Source: Raja brachyura | Taxonomy: Eukaryota | Reading direction: 5' to 3' | NCBI GenBank assembly: GCA_963514005.1 | Contig: OY740797.1 | Span: forward strand, 17,298,001-17,362,000 | DNA: 64,000 nucleotides | In this document: positions 50,595 to 64,000 of the stretch, in pieces | Layout: each line of letters opens with the position of its first letter | Position numbering within the stretch: the stretch's first letter is position 1 | Program-made: the position numbers and the translations under genes | The notes under the pieces: generated by a model | What the model was told of the DNA's origin: nothing | Seen by the model: only the letters and a program-made list of their open reading frames with translations | Databases searched by the model: none

Positions 50595-50800
50595 CCAATA
50601 CAAACAGAACATGCCGGAAGTACTTAGCAGCAAAGACGGCAACTATGGATCCAGAAGCAGGGTTAACGTTTGAGGCTGAAAACCCCTTGTCAGAATTTGA
50701 CCGTTCTGATGAAGGGTCCTCAATCTTAAAGCTTAACTCTATTTCACTTTCCACAACTTATTTAACATTTCCAGCATTCTCTGTATTTATTTAATCTACA
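50595..50800. mobile_element. Older-subfamily inverted Penelope dimer with hammerhead remnants
   Basis: gttaacgtttg...ccccttgtcagaa / ttctgatgaagggtc...ttaactct. Confidence 0.65.
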
Positions 50801-52644
50801 GTGTTTTGACTTCCTTATGCAGCCCAGTTCTTATGGCAGACACCCTCTAAAGACAGGCGTATCGATTAACCTTTCTGTTGCCAAGATCGTCAGTGGAATA
50901 GACTGTGTAAACTCAATTTAACCTAAGCCACTGAAATTAAAGTTTGATATTCGGAATCTGAACTCTCGTTTCAACTTGTGAGAATTTAAATCTTTTGGCA
51001 AGCTTATCCAAGTGCTTCATTCTAATTATTTATCTTTTGAATAATTGAGTATCCTTTCACGGAATCTGATCAGATGACTAATTCCTGAAACAATGATCCT
51101 TTTAAGCAGCAGTGCTGCATTAAATGAGCAGAAAGACTGTGCGAAAGGAGTGATATCAGAGCACTAAAGGGGGAGTGATACAGCACTAAGGATTCAACAA
51201 AGCATCATTTGGTATGATTGAGCACCACTTGGTTTGCGTTCAAGTGGCCTTTTATTTGTATCTTGAAAGGAATCTCAAGCACATGGTTTGGCTGGATGTC
51301 CAACTGGAATGCTCTCAAGCTTTATGTTGCCGCCTCCAACTGGCATCCCCCCCAACTATGAAAGGACCCACATTCCATCTGAGCTTAAACCAAGCAGGTC
51401 ACTATTTGAACTACAGAACACCACTTCCTATCCAAGCTGCCAATTGGCACCATCTCAAAAGCTTTGCTATAATGATTCAGCCTGTTAGATGGGGGAAGAT
51501 CAGGCTATCAGTGGGAGATTCTATTTATTAGCCTGCTAGAGATACAAGTCCAAGACTGGCAACATCACTCTCAATAAATGGCTTATTTCCATAGATAAAC
51601 CTACAGGAAAAGTTATACTGCGAGAAGGTTTGAATAGTAAAATAAACCACGAAGGGAAGGTTGGTTGATTGAAGGCTTGGAATTTTAAAATCATGTTAGG
51701 AGGTCGAAACATGCTGGGGTTAAGAGGTCCATAACGTTTGAGTCAAGGACTGAATTGGCTGTTGGATGCAGCTGAAATAAAGAGAGAGTGAATGAAAAGT
51801 GCATTGAAATGGAAACAAATTGGTGGTGACCCCTTTCATTGGTGAAGCCTTTCAATAATGTGGTGACCCCTTTCATTGTTGAAGCTTTTGCTAAACCAGG
51901 TGGAAAATGTTCTATCTAGACCATCCCCACCTTTAGAGAAGTCTGGGTTCAGATGGCTGCTAAGACCATTGGGTTGTATTCCAGGATCGTTGGTGTATAC
52001 GATGCAGGGACTGCGGAGGTCCTGTCATCTAGAGTGGGTTGAGAGTAACTGGGTAGGAAACTGAAGAACATAAACAGCACAGAAGGGACAGTGGGTGTAG
52101 TTTGGGTGTCCCTAGTCCAGGAGAAATTGATGGGATGAGAGAGTTCGCATATGAGAAATTTGAAAGAAAAATGAATATCAGACTAAGGTAGAAGTCGTAG
52201 AATGGAAATAAATGGTTTAAAGAATAGAACAGTGCAAAGGGGTTTAACCAGAAATTAATGTATGATAGTTAATCGACTGTTTAGATTAACATTACCTAAT
52301 TAGAGAGGTATGCAACAAAACTCAAAGTAAATAGCATTGCCTTGTGTGTTTTATATATATATATATATATGCAACCTGAATTGTATGCCTGAACATAAAG
52401 GATTTAAATATGACACTGCGCATAACAGTTTCCTGCAGGTTATGTACACATGTCTTCTGGTTGTTGGGACCAAATAAGATTGAACTGGACTGAATTTTGA
52501 AGACATTAATTAACTTGTTAGCAAATGTTGACAATGTCCGTAACACGAGACGACTAATGAATTGGGCTAAATTTTTTTTAAATCATCTGAGGAACCATAT
52601 TTGATACAAAAATGAATTTGTATCTACTGTATCTTGCATCATCT

Positions 52645-52997
52645 TGTACCTCAGAAGTATGTCATGGTGCTGCTGAATTACTATGTAGTTATGAGGGGAT
52701 AACATTGACCATTTTGTACAGATGGTTAATCTATTTTAGCATGATCTCTTGGCAAAGAATTTGGTAAAGAGACCAGGCAGAACTCCTGCAACCATAGAAT
52801 CTTTCAGCATCTGCTCCAGCACTATTACAAGCAGATTAGGATTTGATATGTATCATATTTAAAGAGGAGGATACCATCAGAGGACAGTGCATCACTGTCT
52901 CGGTACTGTGTAAAGAAGCAGTCTATATGTTTGTGTCCTTGCAATGAGGTTTCAACTTGCAACATTCTGATCTAGAGGCAGGACTTCTACCAACTCA
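52645..52997 (-). mobile_element. Deu-domain SINE relic including tRNA-like head
   Basis: agaccaggcagaactcctgc..., gacagtgcatcactgtctcggtactg, ttcaacttgcaacattctgatctagaggc. Confidence 0.5.
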
Positions 52998-53769
52998 AGT
53001 TGTTTCTCCAAATAAATTCAACAACTGCTTATTATAAATGACAGCATTAAGATATTAAGAAAACAGCAGGTGGAAATCAATGAATGAGCAACTGATTGCA
53101 GTGATCATTGTAATATTGACGAACTAAAGTGTTCTTGCATCAATTTAAAGAGTAATGGAACTTCAAGGTTATTGGTTGAGAGAGGGAAAACTGATATTTT
53201 AGGGAACAGGTTAAAATCAGAGAATGCCAACAGTTTACATTGGCTTAAGATTCGCTAAAGTGTATTGTGTGGAAACAGACTATGGAACAATACCACCAAT
53301 GTGTATGAAAGTTTTTTTTTTTAATTATGAGTGATTTAAGAAAATTGATGAAAAGAAAGGGTTTATTTATACTGACGAAATGTGTTTATTTTTGAGTGAA
53401 TTTTGAATCAATTTGGTGGAAATGTGTGATAGTTAATCAGCTGTTTAGAATAACTCTGGGATTCACCATTATATTCCAGAGAATCGGGAGTTATTAGAAG
53501 GTGAGAAGGGGGAATAAGTCTTCATAAAGGATTTTGTCATTAGATCCAGTCCAAGCAGGACTGGCAATCTTGGGCTGTCACTGTAGCAACTGTGAAATCC
53601 AATCACATAGTGTTAGTTTTTCAGTACAATGTGATTGATTTTTTTTTTCCAGGAGTAAAATGGATAAATATAATTTCTATGTTGTTTCATTCACTCTGGA
53701 AATTTGACCGGGCACTTCCTGTAGCTTATCATCTTTTGCGCCCAACAAAGTTTCAATCTCAGTTGTGCA

Positions 53770-54308
53770 CGATATGATTCATAGCCTCTGCAACACTTGA
53801 CAAGGTTCTGCATGGTAGGCTGCCCTGGAAGGTTAGATGGCATGGGATCCAAGGGGAGCTGGTTGACTGGATGGAAAATTGCATGTGACTGGTGCTGGGC
53901 CATTTGCTGTTTGTCATCTATATCAATGATTTGGTTGAGAATGTACTTGGCATGATTAGTAAATTTCCAGATGATGCAAAAGTGGGTGGTATTATAGAAA
54001 GTAAAGATAGTCAAAAATTGCAAATTGCAGCAGAAATTGATTGGTTGGACCGGTGAGCTGAGGAATGGTAAATAGAAATTAATGCAGAAAAGTGTGAGAT
54101 GTTGCATTTTGGGAAGTCCACCCAGGGCAGAACCTACACAGTAAATGGTAGGGCTCTGGGGAGTTTTGTAGAGCAGAGGAATCTAGGAATGCAGGTACAT
54201 CGTTCCTTGAAAGTGGTGTGACAGATAAATAGGGTGGTCAATAAGGCTTTTGGCACATTGGACTTCATGAGTCAGAGTGTTGATTATAGAAGTTGGGAGG
54301 TCATGTCA
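53770..54308 (+). mobile_element. CR1-type LINE reverse transcriptase fragment
   Basis: DKVLHGRL..K..HGIQG, GPF-LFVIYINDL and SKFPDDAKVGG motifs with frameshifts. Confidence 0.9.
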
Positions 54309-54659
54309 CAAGTTCAATAAATAAATGGTACAGGTCAATATACTTATCATTTGGATATTTACGATGGATATCTGCCAATAGCTAGTAACCAGTGAAGTAA
54401 AGTACTCAAGGGCACCTCGCCTTTCATCTTGCCATTTTATCAATATATCTTCTAAAGATTAAAGTGCACATTGTATAAATGGATTTCAGAATCAAGTGAT
54501 CAAAAGTGGGAGATTGCATTAAAAAAAATTAGTCATTAGAAATGTGGGTTCACAAAGAATCGCCCGGGCACCATACACACCCAGATTAGTTAATATTAGA
54601 CTCCTTCGTACAAGTGGTAAAATAATTAAATTTAAAAACAACATAGAGGGAAAATTAAA

Positions 54660-55005
54660 TAGAATCATAGATACAATGGAGAAATTGGTCCCTTTTGTAC
54701 TACCAATTCTACCCATACTAATTCAGCAATTGGTCTGCAGCAAACTATGCTTTTGGAGTATATCTGGCCCCACCATCTTCTTGGGCATTGCATTGCAGAA
54801 TGCAACTATTCTCTGGGTGAAAAAAATAACTTCTTCAGAGTTATAGCTCTCTCCACACCACTGACTCCTCACCTTAAACCTTTGTCCACTTGACTTAGTC
54901 ACCTCTGCCATCGGGAAAAGATTCTTCTACCTACCGTAGTTATGCCTCTCATAATTTTGTGCACCCCTCCTACAGCGTACAGCGCCTCCTCCGCTCCAGT
55001 GAAAA
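54660..55005 (-). mobile_element. CR1-type LINE 3' end
   Basis: Minus ORF GQRFKVR...FFTQRIVAFCNAMPKKMV is the CR1 C-terminus. Confidence 0.75.
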
Positions 55006-55007
55006 TA

Positions 55008-55640
55008 GATTCAGATTAGTTTATTGTCATATACACCAGGATGCAATGAAATTCCTTGTTCGCATGAAGCTCTGTATACAGTATACGTGGTGATGAATAC
55101 AATAATGAATGCAAAACGGCAGAATGGTGCTAAGATTGTAGTGCAAATTGAAATCATGCAAAAAAAAAAGTGCATTCATGCAATAACCTAATGAGGTGGT
55201 GTATGTGGTACCCCCTCTAGGAATGGGGTGTGAAAGAGGTGACTAGTTCAGAAATGTAAAAACAGAAGGTGTGCCTAAGTCTGGACATCAGAGCTTTCAA
55301 GCTCTGGTAAATTCCAGAATTTCAGATTGAATGCAAGGAATACAAGCATCCTTGATGATACTTCCAGCCTCTGGATGTATTCCACTGTGAAGATGGACTT
55401 GACGGAAGGAAGTGAATGATGGAAGGGGTTGTGTTCACCTCTCTCTGTAGGTACAAGAGCAATCTAGAGCAGAGCAGGCTGAGATGCAACCCGTCAAAAT
55501 ACTTTCTATAGTGGATCTGATGCACTTTCTAGATCACTGCCTATCCTGCCTATGTAGCCTCTTCCCATAATGAAATATTCCATCCCACGCTAAATCCCAG
55601 TGAATCTCTTCCGCATCATCTCCGGTTGTGCCGATCTCTC
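55008..55640 (-). mobile_element. Rex1/Babar-like LINE 3' fragment
   Basis: tttattgtcatatacacc tail; minus text resembles TIES.L..CIS. Confidence 0.5.
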
Positions 55641-55927
55641 TCCTGTTATTCTCCATGAAGACAAGCCTTCTTCACCACCCTATCTTTCTGCCAAGCCACC
55701 TATAGGGACGTTTTCAAAGACATAAGAGATCAGGGAAAGTGAAGTGGAAGCTGCGAAATAGATGATCCTGGTTAAAGGAAAATTGAAAAAACATATATAA
55801 AAATGGTCAGAGAAAAGTGAGAGATGACTTGTACAGGTAATTTGTTTTGTTATAAGGGTCATGATGAGAATATTAGAAATGCCTTAATAGGTCTAGATAG
55901 AACTGAAAGCAGATTAGGTTTTATATA

Positions 55928-56000
55928 AGGAGGAACTGCTGTTTTATACCAATGATAAACACAAAGAGCTGGAGTAATTCAACAGCATCTCTGGAGAAGT
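55928..56000 (-). mobile_element. Truncated Penelope short unit ~50 nt upstream of the GNAO1 acceptor
   Basis: ggaggaactgc...acacaaagagctggagtaa...cagcatctctggagaa. Confidence 0.7.
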
Positions 56001-56010
56001 CTTGTTTTAG

Positions 56011-56244
<234 letters not shown>

Positions 56245-56330
56245 TGAGACATGATACACTGTGTAAAATGAACCAAACAGAACCAGGGAAATGTCAGTAT
56301 TATCTGATAAAAGTGGGGTAACCTGCGAGA

Positions 56331-56718
56331 TGTAGGAAGGAACTGCAGATGCTGGCTTAAACTGAAGATTGCCACAAAAAGCTGAGTAACTCAGTGGGAC
56401 AGGCGGCATCTCTGGAGAGAAGAATGGGTGATGTTTCAGGTCAAGACCCTTCTTCAGACTAGGTAGAGAAGAGGGAAATGGGAGATATAGTCGATGATGT
56501 AGAGAGATAAAGAACAATGAATGAAAGATATGCAAAAAAGTTACAATGATAAAGGAAACAGGCCATTGTCATCTGTGGGGTGAAGACGAAAAGCTGGTGC
56601 GACTTGGATGGGGGAGGGATAGAGAGAGAGGGAATGCCGGGGTTACTTGAAGTTAAATAAATCATTATTCATACCACTGGGCTGTAAGCTGCCCAAGGAA
56701 AATATGAGACGCTGTTCA
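56331..56718 (-). mobile_element. Penelope (Neptune-type) 3' end: GIY-YIG C-terminus, 3' UTR and hammerhead unit
   Basis: Minus strand EQRLIFSLGSLQPSGMNNDLFNFK*; CTGAAGA core at 56457-56451. Confidence 0.85.
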
Positions 56719-58592
56719 TATTGGACATATGATGTCTATCTAGTCTTTAAATAGTCAACACTTGAAATTACAGTTTAGTAGAATTGGGGAATTGGGTACA
56801 TAATCTATAGCTCCGATAAATTACATGTATTTCACGAGTTCTGAGAGATTAGTGAAATCTCAATTATAGATAAATCTGGATTTGTCTGTACCTTACACTT
56901 GTTTTATCACAATGACCTCCACATTTTACATATTGAGCAAATGTATGTTTTACTTCCTGAGTTGCTGAGGCTTTGATAATTTGCTTGCACTAAAATCGAT
57001 GGTTCGTTTCTGTCGTTGGATATCATGACACCAGTGTGCTCTGGTGTTGGGACCCGGGGTAAGTGTCTCTCCTACTCTGCCAGGCCTAAACTTTGTTCAA
57101 TTTACATTCACAAGCATTTTGAGAATTGGCTCACACCACCCAGGGTAAAATGGGCAACATGTTTCCATTGCAGTGCCAATGCAGCATTTTAGACGGACCA
57201 TTATTTCTTCTGCTACAGCATTTCAGTCACAATTTAATGCACGATCAGTTTGCTGTGGGTGGAGCTTGAACATGCAAATTTGGGTTTTGTTGGTGTCGAG
57301 AGTGCATGGACTCCCTCCTGTGGTCTGGTGATTCACAGGATTGCACCATTTTACCAGTTAATTTGGAGTGGCATTTGTGAAAATGCAATCTTGGAATCAA
57401 TACTGAGTTTATTTTGCAATCAAATTACATCATTATTGAGGAGTTTAAGCACAATGAATTGGTGGCTCAATCAATCCTCCCCCCTCAGCTCAAACACGCT
57501 CAAATATAAGCAGGAAACTGTGCCCAAAATTGGACCTTGAACTTTGGTAGGCTATATGTACGTTCAGATATAAAACCCATTTAAATTGCTGTAGATTAAC
57601 GTGCAACTTTGAAACGCCTTTACTTGCACTGTGTAGACAAATAAGCTCTTATGATTGCTATCATAACATTTCTGAAATATAAATATAAAGCTGATCAAAA
57701 TCCTTTCTTCTTTACTATGTTAATGCTTGTACAAGATATCAGTGAAAGAGACGCACAGATGTGCAATGGAGAAACCAAGAGCATACAAAAATAGCTCTGT
57801 GTTATCGGAAGGTAGATTGTGTCGCATTTAATTTAGCCATCTGATCAACACTGTATAGTTATTTATGAGGGGCATTGCTAATGGTTACATAGTTGGAAAC
57901 CAATGGATCCGTAAAATACTTTTAGAGATGTGAAATGGTTGCCTAAGCATGAAATATACATTTTAATTGAGGGAGGCCAGATTTCTGACTATTGATTCCA
58001 ACCCTATGATTTTTGAGTTGGAAACTATATTTGGGAGAGCACATCCAATCCCGTCATCAGAAACATAATAAGGTGATCTTGTTTTGAATTCCACTTTCGA
58101 CCGAGCTGTACACGTGAGCTATCCCGGGGGGACATTTCAGATGTCACATCCAGTGAAAAAAACAAATAACAACTCAGTCTACATTCAATTCTTCGGTAAA
58201 AATGTCAACAAGAACTGTTTAAATTGCCTTTGTTTACTGCGTTTCGTGAAACTCTTACTATATTTAAGTATCTTATAAACCCTTGTGATCATCAAATGGT
58301 TTGCACAAGATTCAGATTTTAATGTAATGGAATGCGTTCCCTGCCTGTGGTGATTATCTTTTAATGTGCTCATTAGAGGTTTGTTGGGATATTCATTTGT
58401 AAGCATATATAATTCTAAACATTTGTAGAATATCGAACTTATGTGCTGGTGGAAGGTTTTCTGATTTTCCTCACTCCCCCTCTGCTCGACCTGTACCCTG
58501 GAAGATGCAGACTCTGGAGAATGAATCCGTCGACAGGTTTTGGTCCATCTCATGCTGGAGATGTCATTTTCCATGCATGGGTCTTCCTGTAG

Positions 58593-58790
58593 GAGTCAGC
58601 AGCCTGTTTCCCCCATGGGTGCATCACAACTGACATAGTGCTGTACTCTCTGATCACAGATGGCAATTCCAACAGGGGTTAATGGTTGGTGATTAGGAGC
58701 CGGTAAACATGCCAGACTTCTGCTACCTAATCCAGAAATTCAATTGTAGTCATTGCTTCCGTTTCAGCATTGGACCATAGGCTGTGAGTT
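58593..58790 (-). mobile_element. Ancient SINE relic resembling AmnSINE2
   Basis: gtcagcagcctgtt..gggtgcatcaca, ttccaacagggg, gattaggagc and caattgtag follow the antisense AmnSINE2 consensus as recalled. Confidence 0.45.
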
Positions 58791-59510
58791 TAAAGTATGA
58801 CTGTTTTCATACCTCTCTTCTGCTTCAAACTCCCTAACCAGCTGAGTTATATCATACTGTAGAACTTAAAGAACACGTCTTGACCTAACTGTGGCATGCA
58901 CTGGATTGCTGGAAGAAATGAACCAAGACGTAATATTTAAAAACAATTTTACTTCTAGAACTGAAGGGATACAAATACATATGTTCTATAGCTGATAGTT
59001 CCCTTGAGACTGGTGTGATATGATTATAGTTGTTATGTAGAGGATATTCCCTTAAGACTATGTAATGTGATTAGAGCTGTTCTGTCGAAGATGTTTCTCT
59101 GGGTATAATTAGAAGTGTTATACAATGGATACTCTGTCCAAACAATCTTCTGCTCAGGATCAAGCCCAAGGCCGGTGGCAATACTAACCTCTCTTTTTAT
59201 CACAAACTACGTTTGCTAATCTTCCCTACCCCATCTGCTCTATCCTCACCCCTCACTTGTGAAGCTGACGGGCGACTTCTTCAGAGCCAAGCTTGTCCAC
59301 CAGCTGCCTGACCATCTGTCCATCCTGCAGAATTGCTCAGACCGCCACCTACAATGGGTTGTTTGATTCATTTTCTTCCAGAAATGCCCAAGCTTCCAAC
59401 ATTGGAATGACTGCATTTCACTCTGTTTGCTCTCTATATATTGCTCCATCTCCACTCTGCCCTTCCTCCCCAGACAATCTGTTTCTTATGTTCATCCACT
59501 AGTCCTTCTA

Positions 59511-59872
59511 ACTGAAGATAGACACAACATGCTGGAGTAGCTCAGAGGGACAGGCAGCATCTCTGGAGAGAAGGAACCAGCATCTGCAGTTCCTTCCTAC
59601 GCAGTCCCTCTAACTGGCTTTCCTTACACCCGTCTCCAGTCAAGATGGTCTTCTGGTCACTGCCATCAATGCCAGTCAAACTGAGTGACCGAGGCATCCT
59701 GCCATCAGGCAACATCCCCATTAACCCGTGACAAATGCCGATATGTGCCGGTTCAGAATGGAGAAACAGGAAACTGCAGATGCTGGTTAATACATGAAAA
59801 GACACACGGTCTCGTAGTAACTTAGAAGGTCGGGCAACCTGCTGATTACTCTGGCACTTTGTGTTCTTCTAC
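59511..59872. mobile_element. Two collapsed Penelope inverted dimers flanking an RTE-like fragment (59605-59740, -)
   Basis: Inverted arms at 59511-59601 and 59761-59872; minus ORF MLPDGRMPRSL resembles an RTE C-terminus. Confidence 0.65.
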
Positions 59873-60499
59873 TCAGAATGGCGCTGCTCCCCGCTTTTTA
59901 CTTGGAGTTATTGCACACAGAAAATCAGGTTCACCGTGCCCTCATATGGAAGATGAAAGAAAGCCGTGCTGTTCCTCAGAGGGAGCAGCCCTCGGACCGC
60001 TGTGGTTCAGGAGGATCTAGGCAATGACCTTCCCAACGGCAGACAGTATTTTGAATAGACTTATCTCCTTTCTAGAAGATGGGCACAAATTTAGCATCTC
60101 TGAGATCTCCGGGCTTGTGCTCATCTTCCCAGGCATAAGAGTTGAGTTTGTCAATTTATAACTAAACTTTCTCTCTGCTGAGTTTGAGAACTAAATTGCA
60201 GGCCACCTAACCCTCATATCAGGGATACTAATTTGCCCGATATCCTTGATGACTTTGCATCCTTGCCATCATCCCCTTTTGAAAAGACCAGCACCAGATT
60301 CCTATAACTTTACGACCAGCAATATTTTCTCTTTCTTCTCCAAGTAGCATTCAGGCCACATCAGATAATGCTTGACTTCAACTAGAGAAGATCTAATGGA
60401 CTATCCTTCACATTCGGCAGCACCACCAGGTGAACTCCCCACCAACAATACCCTGGGGGGCACCACTGAGTACAACCTGGACTGATAATAACTGCAAGA

Positions 60500-60838
60500 G
60501 CAGATCAGAGGCTGCATAGTCTTTTACCCATAGTAGGTTAATCAAGAACCAGGGGACAATGGTTTAAGGTGAGAGGGCAAAGATTTAACAGGAACCCGAG
60601 GGGCAATTTTTTCACACAGAGGGTGGTGGGTATATAGAATGAGATGCCAGAGGAGATAGTTGAGGCAGGTACTATAACAACATTTACAAAACATTTGGTA
60701 AGGTACATGGATAGGAAAGGTTTAGAGGGATATGGGCCAAATGCAGACAGGTGGGTCTAGTGTAGATGGGGCATCTTGGCTGGCATGGGTAAGTTGGGCC
60801 GAAGGTCCTGTTTCCATGCTGTACGATTCTATGACTCT
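60500..60838 (+). mobile_element. CR1/HER1 LINE 3' end
   Basis: tcaagaaccaggggac...ttcacacagagggtggtggg...ttgggccgaaggtcctgtttccatgctg...ctatgactcta. Confidence 0.9.
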
Positions 60839-61993
60839 AATATTCCAGCAAGATGACACCAAGACTACTGTGACAGCGCCTAGCAAACCCACTGGCTCTG
60901 TCCACACTAGGTACTAGGACTTTATGTGCTTGTGAACACTGATGCCTGTGGGATCCCCCCCATGTCCTGCTAACTGGCAAATATATCACCATTCCTTCAT
61001 TGTTGCTGGGGCAAAATTCTGGAACTCACTACCCACAGGCCAGTGGAAGTAGCTTTACCAGAAGGACTAGGGTTACACATGAAGGCATCAGCTCCATAAG
61101 GAAAAGTAGGGATGGCACCAATGTTCACAATAAAAGGAAAGAATCTAAACGTCAGGTATAAATTTACATATGAGCATAGAAATTAGGAGCAGGAGTTGAC
61201 CATAAACATATGTGCCTGCTCTGCCACGTAATACGTTTCAGCAATAGGTGAGCTAATGTGAAGTGTTATCAGACAGTTATGTTGCTGGTAGATATATGGT
61301 CTAATGTTGTACCAAAGATGGGAACCCTTTGGTTCAGTCTTCGACAGTCGCCAAGGGGAGAGGCAGAGTTGGAGACCCAAAAGAGGACTTCATGACAGGG
61401 ACCAAAGAAGTTGCAGAGGTATTACAGGATGATGATTAACCATCTAAAAGATTGAATAATTTGTATTCCTAAGTTCTACAATTCCATCCCTAAGCAGGTT
61501 CAACTTTCAACCTCTGAACCTTTTAAACTTGCCACTAAAAATCTATCTTTTGGACTAATCATCTGGCCTTCTGTCCTAAAACATCCAGAGTGGTTTGATG
61601 CCAGATTTTTGGATATTATCCTTGCGAAGCCTCCTGCGATACGTTGTTATCTGAGGTATGTCATATTAGCTGTTGTAGTTGGTGGTGACTATTGATGCTC
61701 CTTGAACCCAAGCACATGCTACAGCAGTCTAGTGTTCATTTTGTGCCTGAGAACCTTTACTGTCACCACCTATCCCCCATTTCACCCTTAGTACTATTAA
61801 AATCCTGGTTTATCTCATCCACATTGTTAGGATCAATTACTTTCCTACACTCCTGACCTTGCTCAGTTTTGCTGATTCGCAGAGCATTGATTTCAAAATC
61901 TTGGTCTACATCTACAAACCTGTGGCCTTGCTTTGTCAGTCTTCTGTGGTCTTCTCGTACTCCACCCATCAGCATACTTGCTCTGTCCTTCCT

Positions 61994-62139
61994 TGAAGAT
62001 AGACACAAAATTCTGGAGTAACTCAGGCAGCATCTCTGGAGAGAAGGAATGGGTGACGTTTCAATAAGGGACCAGCTGAGTTCCCCCAGCATTTTCTGAC
62101 TATCTTCGGTGTAAATCAGCATTTGTGGTTCCTTCCTAC
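61994..62139. mobile_element. Collapsed inverted Penelope dimer
   Basis: gaagatagacacaaaattctggagtaactcag...ctgagttcccccagcattttctgactatcttc. Confidence 0.75.
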
Positions 62140-64000
62140 CCTCTCTTTGTGTCTTAAGAATCTTTATTCACCACGCATGCGCACATTCTAATTCAAAGAC
62201 AACATTCTCTGTTTTGCCATTTTTCCTTCGTCCTTCAAACGACTCCTCAAAATGTATCTATTTGTCCATGTTCCTCAGGCTTCTTCTCTGCCCTTCTACC
62301 AAAGGTAAGCACCTAGTTGCAAGACATGTGGAAACAGTCAAGTGATTAGTGGTGTTAAGTTGAGCGTATCCTCTGAAGACTGGTACAGTATGATTAGAAT
62401 TATACTTCAGGGATGTTCACTCAGGACCGATATATTTAGAGGTGTGTACAGAATGGAACTGTTGGGGGAATACGAGTGACAAAATTAGCCAGTTGGAGCT
62501 GCTGGTGAGTAGCAGCTACACTGCCATGAAATTGCAGCATCCCAGCAATAAGTTCACTTCTACTTTTCATAATCAGGGACTTTTATAGACCTGTGTGAGT
62601 GAAAGACGAGGGGTAAATAAAATAGCTTGTCCTTTTTGTTTCCTGAGAACTAAATGTAGACTTAACCATGCACACTTTCAAAAAAGGTAAGCATAAATAG
62701 CAGACATATGGGCCTACACTGGATTATATCTAACATTCTCTGTTTGTCCTCATGTAGAGACTGCGTGATAACACTTCTGATAAGCTTCTATTCACAGTGC
62801 TGGCAGTGCAGCGGACAGAGACAGGGGTGTGCAGAATTTAATTCTCACTTCAAGTTATTAATAACTCCTTATCTTTCACTCCCACTTAAAGAAAGCACAG
62901 TGTCAGTGCCTTGAATCGGCTTCAGTAAATTTGGACTCATCACCACTGTAACGTAGGAGCAACTTCCCATGAAAATGCTGCAGTGATTTCTCCAATCAAT
63001 GCTTTTATTTAGCTTCTGGCACTGACCTCTACTCCATTTTTCTGTGCCTGCCTTTATTTAATTTTTTTTGTTGGTTTGATGTCTGTTCCATTCCTGTTTA
63101 ATGCCTCCGGCTATTATTAACTTGGCTTCAGCAAAGAGGACTGTGAGCATATATTTCTGGTTATCGCTGCAGATTTTAGAAAGGTTTTAAATTAAAGAAC
63201 CCTCACTTTTTCTACGTATTCCTCTTTGACAATTTTTAAAAATCTATTCAGGAAACAGGTGTTGGGCTTTAAGTAACATGACACCACCTCAAGCAGTCAA
63301 CCTTTCATTGAAATTATGCTATGGGAATGATTGATATTATTGAACATGGAATCACTAATGCTTTATTGTTCCTCAATCACTTCCATAAAAACTGCCAAAC
63401 AGAAGAATTTATTTTAATTTTAAATATGGCCATATGTTTACAATCTTAACATATCGGCGAAATCCAAACACTGATGATATTGGAGCATCAAAGGATTGAG
63501 TGTAATTGATAGGTTGGCCATTGTGACTAGACTGAAATCGTTGATTGTGTTAGTGATTTGGGTTACACAAACTCCGTCTAAAGGAAATAGCTGGACTTGA
63601 AATGTAATCCTTATTTAAACCATTCACATACGATAGTCATATATCAGAACAGGAGAAAAAAAATGTGGTTTAGTGTTTCTACAGTCGACGAAGCACGTCT
63701 CGATATTTCATAAATAAATACATTAATTCAGCCGATCAATCTTGTCTAAAACAGGGGGATTCTGTGTTTGGGTCTGTGGCTTGATATAGAATCCTTGATC
63801 GTAGGAGGAAGGAAGGTTCCTGCGCGTTATTGCATATCCTATATCTTTCGCACCAGGACTCGAAACAGACTTCCTTCGCTAGGTAAAACATTCACCATCT
63901 GCTAACAGAAAGAGAAATGGGATTGGACTCAGCTATGATGTCCATTTATCTTTAGACTTCAGAAATACAGCAGAGAAACAGGCCCTTCAACCCACCGGGT

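Noticed and set aside
51820-51890. Direct repeat of ~37 nt resembling a CRISPR repeat
   Set aside because: Only two adjacent copies without spacers in eukaryotic DNA; a simple tandem duplication.
53448-53498. Short hairpin aataactctgggattc / gaatcgggagttatt as a pre-miRNA
   Set aside because: The stem is only ~15 bp with a bulge, and I recognise no miRNA sequence.

Overview
Vertebrate genomic DNA, most likely from a cartilaginous fish (skate/ray type), inferred from the repeat content: HE1/V-SINEs with (CTAAA)n tails, CR1/HER1 LINE ends and Neptune-type Penelope elements. The only host coding sequence I can support is a 142-nt internal exon at 56049-56190 (+), matching exon 3 of GNAO1 (G-protein alpha-o). 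The rest therefore appears to be intron 2 (>56 kb) and the start of intron 3, filled with retroelement and DNA-transposon relics. None of the supplied ORFs looks like an intact gene. Two retroelement-borne ribozyme systems stand out. (1) A complete 141-nt non-autonomous element at 5560-5700 (-) with a 13-bp target-site duplication, whose 5' end folds as a compact HDV/CPEB3-like ribozyme. (2) About 20 short Penelope-derived units carrying or derived from a minimal hammerhead ribozyme core. These occur as TSD-flanked monomers and as inverted dimers, and a decayed GIY-YIG-coding parent lies in the same window. Repeat family names come from recalled consensus features, not a database search, and repeat boundaries are approximate.
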